From Candidatus Vogelbacteria bacterium (lineage in GTDB: Bacteria; Patescibacteriota; Minisyncoccia; Phycocordibacterales; XYD1-FULL-46-19): DNA of 64,000 bases. Below the pieces are notes generated by a model. That model worked only from the letters and a program-made list of their open reading frames with translations. It was not told the origin of the DNA and did no database searches. Shown here in pieces: positions 55,771 through 64,000 of the stretch. How positions within the stretch are numbered: position 1 is the stretch's first letter; each line of letters opens with the position of its first letter. Where the stretch lies: contig CAIPHT010000006.1 in NCBI GenBank assembly GCA_903864935.1, forward strand, positions 37,129 to 101,128, given 5' to 3'. Position numbers and translations under genes: made by a program.

Positions 55771-56910
55771 ATGAAGATATTATTCACCGGTGGGGGGAGC
55801 GGGGGACACTTTTACCCCATTATCGCTATTGCCGAAGAGATAAGAAATTATGCCACGAGAGAACATTTGGTTCAGCCAAGTCTCTCCTTTATGTCTGACG
55901 CACCCTACAACGAGCGGGTCCTCTTCGAGAATGAAATAAAATTTATTAAAGTTCGAGCCGGCAAATTACGTCGCGACATCTCACCAATAAGCGTCATTAA
56001 GAATTTCTTTGATTTGTTCAGAACCTTGTTTGGTGTGATTGAAGCCATTTTCAAAGTTTTTAGCCTCTACCCCGATGTAGTAGTGGGCAAGGGCGGTTAT
56101 GCCAGTTTCCCTGCCTTACTCGCCGCAAGGATCTTCCGCATCCCAGTCTTTATTCATGATTCTGATTCTCACCCTGGGCTCGTCAATCGTTGGGCCGGCA
56201 AATTTGCCACTAGGGTCGCCCTGTCTTACCCTGAGGCCATAAAATTCTTCCAAGCTGATAAGGTCGCCGTGACCGGCAATCCTCTACGCCAAGAAATTAT
56301 CACACCGACTCAGAGTGGTGCTTATGAGTATCTGCGTTTAGACAAGAATCTGCCGGTCATCTTTGTCACCGGGGGATCACAAGGAGCCAGTAAAATTAAC
56401 GAGATTATTGTCGATGTTTTACCTCAATTAATTGAAAAGTATCAAATCATTCACCAAGTGGGGAAGTTGAAGTATGCCGATCTTGCCGGCCGCGCCAAGT
56501 TTGTTCTCAAGGGGAACCCCTTTGCCGATCATTACAAAATTTTTGATTATCTTGATGTCGCCGCTCTTCGCATGACCGCCGGTGTCGCCTCGCTGGTTAT
56601 CACTCGCGCTGGCTCCTCCTTATTCGAGATTGCCAATTGGGGTCTACCCTCAATCGTGATCCCTATTCCCGAAGAGATAAGTCACGACCAACGCACCAAC
56701 GCCTTCACCTATGCTCGAAGTGGGGGGGCGGTCGTCATCGAAGAAAAAAATCTCACCCCATCAATTCTCCTCTTTGAAATTGATAAAATAATGACGGACG
56801 AGAAAATGCGCGAAGACATGATTAAGGGAGCCAAGTCATTTGCCCGTCCAGATGCCGCCTTTGTTATTGCCGGCGAAATTTTAAAAATCGCTTTAAGTCA
56901 TGAAGAATAA
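55771..56910 (+). CDS. murG: MurG glycosyltransferase
   Basis: TGGGSGGH, GGYAS, TGNP, GGSQG, TRAG. Confidence 0.95.
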   Translation: MKILFTGGGSGGHFYPIIAIAEEIRNYATREHLVQPSLSFMSDAPYNERVLFENEIKFIKVRAGKLRRDISPISVIKNFFDLFRTLFGVIEAIFKVFSLYPDVVVGKGGYASFPALLAARIFRIPVFIHDSDSHPGLVNRWAGKFATRVALSYPEAIKFFQADKVAVTGNPLRQEIITPTQSGAYEYLRLDKNLPVIFVTGGSQGASKINEIIVDVLPQLIEKYQIIHQVGKLKYADLAGRAKFVLKGNPFADHYKIFDYLDVAALRMTAGVASLVITRAGSSLFEIANWGLPSIVIPIPEEISHDQRTNAFTYARSGGAVVIEEKNLTPSILLFEIDKIMTDEKMREDMIKGAKSFARPDAAFVIAGEILKIALSHEE

Positions 56911-58219
56911 TATCATCACCAGATTTGCTCCCAGCCCGACCGGCTTATTGCACGCGGGTAATTACCGCACAGCGGTTTTTAGCTATCTTCAAGCAAGACA
57001 AAATGGTGGCAAATTTATTTTGCGTATCGAAGATACCGACCGCGAACGCTCAAAAAAAGAATACGCCGACAATATTATTGAGAGCTTGGCTTGGCTTAAC
57101 TTAGACTATGACGAAACCTTCTATCAATCAGAACAGGCGTCTAAACATCGAGAATATTTAGAAAAACTGATTGCTGAAGGCAAGGCTTATGTTTCTCAAG
57201 AAGAGATAAAGAAAGAAGGTGATCGAGCTGAGGTCATTCGCTTCAAGAACCCCGGCAAAAAAGTTAGCTTCCGTGACTTAATCCGTGGCGAAGTGGTCAT
57301 GGATACTAGCGACTTGGGTGACTTCGTTATTGCTAAGAGTCTCGACGAGCCCGTCTTCCACCTAGCTGTCGTTGTTGATGATTATGAGATGGGTATCACT
57401 CAAGTTATTCGCGGTGAGGACCACATCTCTAATACCCCCAGACAAATTCTAATTCAAGAAGCAATTGGTGCGCCAACACCCGAGTATGCTCATTTGCCAT
57501 TAGTCCTTTCGGCTGATCGCTCTAAACTGTCAAAACGTCGTGGCGCTTTAGCAATTACAGAGTATCGCGATCGAGGCTATTTGCCTGAAGCTGTTCTCAA
57601 CTATATGGCCATGCTTGGCTGGAATCCCGGCACAGAACAAGAAATTTTTTCTAAAGAAGAACTAGTAAAAGTTTTTGATTTATCTAAAGTTCAAAAAGGG
57701 GGAGCCTTCTTTGACCAAACCAAACTTGATTGGTTCAATCGTGAATTTATAAAAAGACAAACCCAAGACAAAAAAGTAAAAGAGGTTCTTGGACGATGCC
57801 CAACCAGAGTAAAAGAATTACCTCTTTATTCTGACGACAAACTCGCTTCTATCTCCCATCTCCTAACCGAGAGGATCAATAATTATAGCGAAGTGGCCGA
57901 CATGCTTGGTCGAGGCGATTTCGATTTCTTCTTCACCACACCTCATCCTAGCCAAGAGCTCCTACGTGGCGGAACTTACTTAAGCCAAACCCTAGATATT
58001 GTTAAAAATCTTCCCGCGGATAATTTTTCTAATTCAGAGGATATTAAGAAGGCTCTCTGGGATTTTGCCACCGAGAAGGGCCGGACCGAGGTCCTCTGGC
58101 CCATGCGCGTTGCCTTAACCGGGCAAGAGAAATCTTCCGACCCCTTCACGGTGGCCGCGATTCTCGGCAAAGAAGAGACAATAAAAAGACTCACTCATGC
58201 TGAGCAAATTTTACGTTAA
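56900..58219 (+). CDS. gltX: Glutamate--tRNA ligase
   Basis: RFAPSPTG, LRIEDTD, RGEDH, KLSKR. Confidence 0.96.
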   Translation: MKNNIITRFAPSPTGLLHAGNYRTAVFSYLQARQNGGKFILRIEDTDRERSKKEYADNIIESLAWLNLDYDETFYQSEQASKHREYLEKLIAEGKAYVSQEEIKKEGDRAEVIRFKNPGKKVSFRDLIRGEVVMDTSDLGDFVIAKSLDEPVFHLAVVVDDYEMGITQVIRGEDHISNTPRQILIQEAIGAPTPEYAHLPLVLSADRSKLSKRRGALAITEYRDRGYLPEAVLNYMAMLGWNPGTEQEIFSKEELVKVFDLSKVQKGGAFFDQTKLDWFNREFIKRQTQDKKVKEVLGRCPTRVKELPLYSDDKLASISHLLTERINNYSEVADMLGRGDFDFFFTTPHPSQELLRGGTYLSQTLDIVKNLPADNFSNSEDIKKALWDFATEKGRTEVLWPMRVALTGQEKSSDPFTVAAILGKEETIKRLTHAEQILR

Positions 58220-59486
58220 GTTTTTAATTTTATTTTTTACCCTAACAACTTCTTTAATAGTTGGTGGGCAGTATTTAAGCGCCGCCACAACAGAAGATCT
58301 CCAAGCGAAGATCACAACCCAACAAGCACAGATCAAGCAACTAGATATCGAGATTGCCAGTTATCAAAAACAACTCACTCAAACCGGAGCGCAAAAAGCT
58401 TCGTTGAATAAAGAACTCGCGACGCTCGAATTAACTAGGAAAAAACTCCAGGCCGATATCGCCGTTACCCAAAATAAAATTTCGATCACTAATAGTAATA
58501 TCCAAAATTTGAACCAGGGGATCAAGACCACAGCCGAGAAGATTGACGATAATCAAAAAGCTCTCGGCCTGTCTCTCCGTCTCGTTAATGAAGCTGAACA
58601 AAGCAGTCTGGTTGAAGTCATGGTAAGTGACCAAAGCACAACCGAACTCTGGGACAATCTCGCTCGCTATCAGAGTCTTGGTCAACAAGTTGATACTCTC
58701 ATCAGCACCTTAAGACAAGACAAAAAACAATTAGAGGGAACTAAGATCCAAAAAGAGGCGGAGAAAAAAACTCTGACCACTCTCCAAAGCCAATTGACCG
58801 ATCAGAAAGTAATTACCGATCAGACCAAACAAGCCAAGAATACTTTATTGGTCGAAACAAAAAACAAGGAATCAAATTATCAGACCCTCCTCGCTGACCG
58901 CTTAAAAAAGAAACAACAAGTTGAGAGCGAGATGCTCGCGGCCGAAGCGGCTCTCCATTACACCGCGACACCCGGACAATTACCTCACCCTGGCTCTGGC
59001 GTGCTCGCTTGGCCACTTGATAAAGTGGTTATTACCCAAGGTTTTGGTAATACCGATTTTGCGAAAAGTAATCAAGCGATTTATAATGGTAAAGGTCATA
59101 ATGGTATCGACTTAGGTACGCCAACCGGGACAACTCTTAAGTCGGCCGTTGATGGGGTAGTCATGGGAACAGGGGACACCGATCTCACTTGCAAGGGGGC
59201 CTCCTACGGACGTTGGATTCTAATCGGCGGAGATAATGGCCTCGCCACCCTCTTCGGCCACTTGTCAGTAATTAAGGTAACCGAGGGTCAGAGAGTAGCA
59301 ACCGGACAGATGGTGGGCTACACCGGCAGTACCGGTTATGCTACTGGTCCGCATCTCCACTTCTCAGTTGTGGCTAAAGATGCCGTCCAAGTTGGTTCAC
59401 TTAAGAGCAAGGTGGCTGGCTGTGGCACATACCGCTTGCCCTTGGCCGCCTTCAGCGCCTATCTCAACCCTTTAAATTATTTATGA
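58197..59486 (+). CDS. Coiled-coil M23 family peptidase (EnvC/CwlO-like)
   Basis: Signal peptide, long coiled coil, HNGID, GHL, TGPHLHF. Confidence 0.9.
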   Translation: MLSKFYVKFLILFFTLTTSLIVGGQYLSAATTEDLQAKITTQQAQIKQLDIEIASYQKQLTQTGAQKASLNKELATLELTRKKLQADIAVTQNKISITNSNIQNLNQGIKTTAEKIDDNQKALGLSLRLVNEAEQSSLVEVMVSDQSTTELWDNLARYQSLGQQVDTLISTLRQDKKQLEGTKIQKEAEKKTLTTLQSQLTDQKVITDQTKQAKNTLLVETKNKESNYQTLLADRLKKKQQVESEMLAAEAALHYTATPGQLPHPGSGVLAWPLDKVVITQGFGNTDFAKSNQAIYNGKGHNGIDLGTPTGTTLKSAVDGVVMGTGDTDLTCKGASYGRWILIGGDNGLATLFGHLSVIKVTEGQRVATGQMVGYTGSTGYATGPHLHFSVVAKDAVQVGSLKSKVAGCGTYRLPLAAFSAYLNPLNYL

Positions 59487-59510
59487 TCAATAAAACTTTT
59501 TTAATAAAAT

Positions 59511-59759
59511 ATGGCAAATAACAAAGAAGCTGGTCTGGTTAAATTAATCGTCTTAATTGTCGTCGTGATCATCATCTTAAGCTATCTTGGTATCAATATT
59601 CAGAAGGTAGCTGAGTCTGATGCCGGCAAAGCCAATTTTGGCTATGTTTGGCACATTATCCAACAAATAGGGGGTTGGCTAGCTGGTTTATATCAAAAGT
59701 ATCTCGCTAATTACCTAAATCCGGCTCTCAGACGATTGCCATTTAACCTTGCAAAATAA
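59511..59759 (+). CDS. Small membrane protein
   Basis: GLVKLIVLIVVVIIILSYLG hydrophobic N-terminus. Confidence 0.75.
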   Translation: MANNKEAGLVKLIVLIVVVIIILSYLGINIQKVAESDAGKANFGYVWHIIQQIGGWLAGLYQKYLANYLNPALRRLPFNLAK

Positions 59760-60010
59760 GGGTTTTTTAACTAGAAGGGGAGCTAAAAAGAGGCTTTTAG
59801 GGTTGACTTTTTTAGCCTCTTATGCTATGATATAAATACCTACAGATGTCAAGAGTGACAGCGAACGCTTAATCCTTGTAGGCCGTCGAAATTAATAATA
59901 TCGGCTCCCTTAATTAGCTATTTATTATTAAAGCTGACCTCGTTTACACCAAGGCCAGAAGGTAATAGATAGTTTTAAATTGACTTATTTTACAAACCCT
60001 ACAAATAGGC

Positions 60011-60478
60011 TTGGCAAGCCTTATTATCACTGCAAGCTCCACCGGTCCCGCTCTGGCTATTAATCCGCTCGTTACGAGCAAGATAAATGGTCAAGAAGTA
60101 GCTCAGGTTGAGACTTACAGTATCGAACGTCCAACTAGTACCGCCTCAGGCGCCATCTACGACAAGATTGTCGCCTCTAGCGCCAAGTATGGCATCCACA
60201 CCGACACCGCCCTCCGTATCGCTAAGTGTGAAAGTGATTTCGCTCAATACGATAACGCTGGTGAGGTCAAGCGTGGTAAAGTGAACCCTCAAGATGTTGG
60301 AGTCTTCCAAATCAACGAGAAGTGGCACTTAGACCAAAGTCAGGCCGAGGGCCTCGACATTCATACAACCGCCGGCAATATTGAATATGCCATGCAGTTG
60401 ATGAAGAAAGAGGGTAATCGTCACTGGAATTGGAGCAAGCCATGTTGGGGCGCTGAAGGCCCCGTCAAAAAAGCCTAA
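60011..60478 (+). CDS. Secreted lysozyme-like/lytic transglycosylase
   Basis: IAKCES, GVFQIN, GNIEYA, W..S..CW. Start uncertain (frame is open back to 59984). Confidence 0.8.
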   Translation: MASLIITASSTGPALAINPLVTSKINGQEVAQVETYSIERPTSTASGAIYDKIVASSAKYGIHTDTALRIAKCESDFAQYDNAGEVKRGKVNPQDVGVFQINEKWHLDQSQAEGLDIHTTAGNIEYAMQLMKKEGNRHWNWSKPCWGAEGPVKKA

Positions 60479-60485
60479 TAAAAAA

Positions 60486-60520
60486 AGAAACCCTGGGTTA
60501 AATCCTGGGGTTTCTTTTTT
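60486..60520 (+). terminator. Bidirectional intrinsic terminator
   Basis: agaaaccctgggttaaatcctggggtttct flanked by A and T runs. Confidence 0.75.
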
Positions 60521-60593
60521 AGATTTTTATGTTATAAATATAATTAGATGAAACATGTGCCCCGTTGCTCAAACCAAGGGAGGGTTTAAACCC

Positions 60594-60773
60594 ATGAACG
60601 AGCATAACCACGTATCAGAAGACGAAATGGCTGCCCTGTGTGGCGCCACCGTCGAAGACGCAGAGGCCGAAGCCATCTGCGACAGAATCAAGGAATGCCT
60701 TGATTGTCGTCGTGCCTGGATGGCTTATGTCAGCACGCACGAATGCACAGGCACCTGCCAGTGCGCCGAATGA
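60594..60773 (+). CDS. Small Cys/His-rich protein, zf-HC2-like
   Basis: SD GGAGG; HVSEDEMAAL...IKECLDCR...CTGTCQC. Confidence 0.6.
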   Translation: MNEHNHVSEDEMAALCGATVEDAEAEAICDRIKECLDCRRAWMAYVSTHECTGTCQCAE

Positions 60774-60936
60774 ACCCAACCCGCCCGTCTGTTAAGCCAC
60801 CGGCAAGCCCGTCGTCTTGATGAGACGGGCTTTGCTATTACTTTAAATTATAAATAAGCGATTTTTAAGGCGAAAAGTGAAAAAAATCGAAAAATGACCA
60901 AATTTGGCTTTTTGAGGATCTTTAAGAAAATAGCGA

Positions 60937-60977
60937 TATTAACACTTTTTGACGGCCGTCAGGAAATGTTAATAAGG
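60937..60977. repeat. Family-B-like palindrome, orphan
   Basis: tattaacactttttgacggccgtcaggaaatgttaataagg. Confidence 0.7.
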
Positions 60978-61311
60978 GTTCGGGGTCAGAAATTTAGCGA
61001 TAAGTTGACAGAGAAGTGAAGAAAATATTTTTGGAAAATAATTTTTAGACGGCAGGGTAGGGGGTTTTAATATCGCAAAATGCATTGTCCGACGTCAAGG
61101 CACACATCGGACAATGCCCTTCGATTTTGCAACATTAAGCCTACGGCTTATGTCGCAAAATCTATGTTGTGCGACATATACCATAGTTATCCACAGCTAG
61201 CTAAAAGCCCTCCCCCTTTACAAGATTGACAATTTGTTTCACATTTGATAATCTATCTTTCAGACAAAGTGGTGAGCAACTAGTGCTTACCCAAACAAAA
61301 AGGAGAAGTCC

Positions 61312-61527
61312 ATGCCCCACGTACCAGACCCGAACCCCATCATAGGGAAAGCTCATGAAGATGCCCTCTCCCCCGCCCTGGAGGAAGAGGGTGGGCAAGC
61401 CGCATTCAGGCCGGACCCGACACCTTTCCACCGGGCAGTCCTCAAAAGCATGCAGAGGCAGGAAAGAAACCTGCCCCCGAGCCTGAGGCGGGTAAACGGC
61501 CACATGGTGGCCAGCTACAGCGACTAG
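61312..61527 (+). CDS. Small hypothetical protein
   Basis: TTGACA at 61226, SD AAGGAG, terminator at about 61553-61595. Confidence 0.55.
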   Translation: MPHVPDPNPIIGKAHEDALSPALEEEGGQAAFRPDPTPFHRAVLKSMQRQERNLPPSLRRVNGHMVASYSD

Positions 61528-61713
61528 CCCCCGGGAGGGGCAAAAGAGATTCCCCCGGCGCGACTGCAACAAGCAGAGCGCCGGGGCTTTTTTATTATTT
61601 TTTATAATTTGACTGAGTACTATTTTAATAGTATAAATAAACACAGAAAGTTCGCCGGTGCCGTGTGGCACTGACTGTCAAAAAAGTTGCAAACAGAACA
61701 GAGGAGAGAGGTC

Positions 61714-62262
61714 ATGAAGAAACTGGTTTTTGTCTTTCTTGCGCTCGTAATGTTTATTCCCCAGGCCACAGTTCAAGCCGACTCACGGCCCTTCGTGCCA
61801 TACTTATGGGCAAGGGAGATGTCTATTCCCTACTTCGCGTTCGGCGTCCCCGACAAAGAAGCCGGGAAGTTTGTGGAGGGGGTAATGTTAAATCCACCCA
61901 CCATCAGCCTGGAGAAAGGCGAGGTGGGGAGGGTCTTCTTCCTGTACAAGGACAAGTTAACGGGAGAAGAAAGTCATTGTTTCTTCCGTCTCAGCGACCT
62001 AACGGGAGACCCACGGGAGACCGAGTGGTGGCAGAAGACCATCTATCGCTTCCCGGCCGACAATCTTCGCAAGATGGTCGATGAGGCAGCGAGTGTAAAG
62101 ACTTGTCCCGAAGGAGAAAAGGTCACCGATCTTATCCTCGCCGACATGGTAGCCCGTGGCTATGCCACCAAAGACGAGATTGGCAAGGAACGCCTACCTC
62201 TAACTCGCACCCGTGAGATTATGCGCAATTACACAGGGGAAATAGAGATCGCCATCTTCTGA
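61714..62262 (+). CDS. Secreted hypothetical protein
   Basis: MKKLVFVFLALVMFIPQATVQA signal peptide, SD GAGGAG, terminator at 62284-62318. Confidence 0.75.
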   Translation: MKKLVFVFLALVMFIPQATVQADSRPFVPYLWAREMSIPYFAFGVPDKEAGKFVEGVMLNPPTISLEKGEVGRVFFLYKDKLTGEESHCFFRLSDLTGDPRETEWWQKTIYRFPADNLRKMVDEAASVKTCPEGEKVTDLILADMVARGYATKDEIGKERLPLTRTREIMRNYTGEIEIAIF

Positions 62263-62316
62263 CCAACCCCCCCCAGACAGTAAAAGCCCCGTCTCGCCTA
62301 GTGCGAGGCCGGGGCT

Positions 62317-62508
62317 TTAGTTTTGAACCATATCGGCCCCCTCGATCTGCACCGGCATTTTGTCGCCCTCAAGGCGTGATAAGCGCCCCAAGCCAAAGGC
62401 CAAGACAGCCACCAGGATAACAAGCAAGGCCACGAAGAGCTCTTTCTCATAATCTCTTAGCTTCCCCAGTTTGCCCTTGATTTTTTCCCCTATTTGATTT
62501 ATACTCAT
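62317..62508 (-). CDS. Small single-TM protein divergent from rpmA (possibly truncated)
   Basis: MSINQIGEKIK...LFVALLVILVAVLAFGLGRLS. Confidence 0.6.
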   Translation of the reverse strand: MSINQIGEKIKGKLGKLRDYEKELFVALLVILVAVLAFGLGRLSRLEGDKMPVQIEGADMVQN

Positions 62509-62537
62509 ATGGTTAATATTATACCAATTATAGCAAT

Positions 62538-62816
62538 ATGGCACATAGAAAAGCAGGTGGTACTGCCAAAAACTTAAGAGACTCTAATCCTAAGTACCTA
62601 GGAACCAAATTATATGACGGTGAGGCCACTCAGTCTGGTAGCATTATTATTCGTCAGCGTGGCACCAAGATTATGGCTGGTAAGAATACTGCTGTTGGTA
62701 AGGACCACACTATCTACGCCAAGACCGCCGGTACCGTTAAGTTTGGCACCAAGCGCAAGCTCGGCTTCAATGGCAAGACTAAGATTATGCGTTCAGTCTC
62801 AGTCGAGGCTAAATAG
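62538..62816 (+). CDS. rpmA: 50S ribosomal protein L27
   Basis: [24 protein letters not shown]. Confidence 0.97.
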   Translation: MAHRKAGGTAKNLRDSNPKYLGTKLYDGEATQSGSIIIRQRGTKIMAGKNTAVGKDHTIYAKTAGTVKFGTKRKLGFNGKTKIMRSVSVEAK

Positions 62817-63252
62817 CCTCCACCAAAATAAGAATATCTTTACGAGAGTCGCCCGCTTTGAGGGCGATTTTTGTTTCCCCTACTTCCTTGATTGGTTTGT
62901 CGAGAATAATAAGATCAGCGGGCAATTCTACCCCCACAGTCTTCTTTATCGCTTCGGCAATATCTTTAGCATGGAGAGAAGCAAATAAGTGGCCAGCACC
63001 ATTGGCCTTAACCTTGATAACCAGGGGACTCTCCCCTACTCTCATCAAAAATTGATCGACGAGAGAAATTGTTTTTTTCACCTGCTCCACTTGTCCCTGC
63101 TTAAGACCCAAAACTCGCGAGAGGTTCGCTGGGCTAGCCAAAATAGCTTTATTATTGCCTAATAAGAAATTTCGCGCGAAGCCATCGTTGACCTCCTTCA
63201 CCTCATGCTTGCGTCCCACCTTAGCGACGTCTTGTAATAAGATAATCTTCAT
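62809..63252 (-). CDS. rplI: 50S ribosomal protein L9
   Basis: [13 protein letters not shown]...[16 protein letters not shown]. Confidence 0.96.
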   Translation of the reverse strand: MKIILLQDVAKVGRKHEVKEVNDGFARNFLLGNNKAILASPANLSRVLGLKQGQVEQVKKTISLVDQFLMRVGESPLVIKVKANGAGHLFASLHAKDIAEAIKKTVGVELPADLIILDKPIKEVGETKIALKAGDSRKDILILVEAI

Positions 63253-63264
63253 TCTTCTGTTGTA

Positions 63265-63999
63265 CTACTTCTTCAGTAAAATTTCAACCGCTTTGTCCAT
63301 CTGAGGATCTTTGCCTGCCTTGGCATCATCGATAGTGAACGGGACGACGACATCTGGCTTGAGGCCATTAAGAGAGATCGAGTGATTCTTTGGTGTATAC
63401 CACTTAGCAATAGTGACTTTAATTGAGCTATCACCAAGCGGAATTAATTCCTGTACTGAGCCTTTGCCAAAGGTCTGCTCGCCCACCAACTTGGCTTTAC
63501 CATATTCAGACAAAGCACCGGCCAGAATTTCGGAGGCTGAGGCACTCCCCTTGTCGACAAGAATAACCATCTTAAGTTTGTCGCTGAAGATGTCGTAACC
63601 CTGACTGCGATAAACCTTATCGGGAACTTTACCACCATGCTTCTCTACCACCACCGGTTTACCTGAGGGCAAGAACCAGCTGGCCATATCTACGGCCGCA
63701 TCCAAGAAGCCTCCGGGATTACCTCTTAAATCAAGAATTAACTTGTCAGACTTTGTGTCAACAAATTGTTTCAAAGCATCACGGAAGAGGCCCGGCGAAA
63801 CTGCCGAGAAATTGTAGAGGCGTATAACAAAGACGCCGTTATCCATCTTCTTAGTATCAATGGTCGGGATAGTAATAACCTCGCGCTTGATAGATACATC
63901 GAACGGTTTGTCTTTGTCCGTCATCTTCGTTGAAGAAGCCAAACGCAATACGCTCAATTTAACAACCGTTCCCTCTGGCCCACGAATCAGGTTGACTGC
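63265..63999 (-). CDS. Carboxyl-terminal processing protease (S41), 5'-partial
   Basis: LDLRGNPGG, SASASEI, TFGKGSVQ, KPDV; frame is open to the window end. Confidence 0.93.
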   Translation of the reverse strand, partial: AVNLIRGPEGTVVKLSVLRLASSTKMTDKDKPFDVSIKREVITIPTIDTKKMDNGVFVIRLYNFSAVSPGLFRDALKQFVDTKSDKLILDLRGNPGGFLDAAVDMASWFLPSGKPVVVEKHGGKVPDKVYRSQGYDIFSDKLKMVILVDKGSASASEILAGALSEYGKAKLVGEQTFGKGSVQELIPLGDSSIKVTIAKWYTPKNHSISLNGLKPDVVVPFTIDDAKAGKDPQMDKAVEILLKK

Positions 64000-64000
64000 T

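Noticed and set aside
61187-61195. Replication origin
   Set aside because: Only one clear DnaA box, and no dnaA or dnaN nearby.
1-64000. tRNA or rRNA genes, and alternative genetic code 25
   Set aside because: No cloverleaf with a T-loop consensus was seen in intergenic regions. Long conserved genes translate fully under code 11 with no in-frame TGA. The many short antisense ORFs over core genes were treated as shadows.

Overview
This looks like a chromosomal segment from a Patescibacteria (CPR, Parcubacteria-like) bacterium using code 11. The assignment is inferred from the short AlaRS, the sigma-HTH/HARE protein, the FtsA-like and PaaX/Cas2-like orphans, and core genes that lack Shine-Dalgarno (SD) sites. 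The backbone carries an ABC exporter, leuS, mltG-mnmA, alaS, infA-rpmJ-rpsM-rpsK-rpsD-rpoA-rplQ-rplM-rpsI, grpE-dnaK-dnaJ, pyrD, tyrS, trpS, aspS, scpAB, mraY-ftsW-murG-gltX, rpmA, rplI and a partial S41 protease. Interspersed are many accessory mini-genes with their own promoter, strong SD and hairpin. Main candidates: (1) a RiPP-like cassette with an unannotated 58-aa Cys-rich precursor (41639-41815) and an RRE/radical SAM/SPASM-type enzyme; (2) several palindromic repeat families, where a RAYT transposase and two PaaX/Cas2-like genes are each bracketed by their own palindrome, orphan copies are dispersed, and copies sit in-frame or nested in housekeeping genes; (3) a ~190-nt structured RNA candidate next to the RAYT; (4) an ultra-short T-box before aspS; (5) a serine hydrolase domain inserted in LeuRS; (6) a possible signalling locus ending in a membrane histidine kinase. 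I saw no tRNA, rRNA or CRISPR array. All calls come from motif recognition by eye; no database searches were run.
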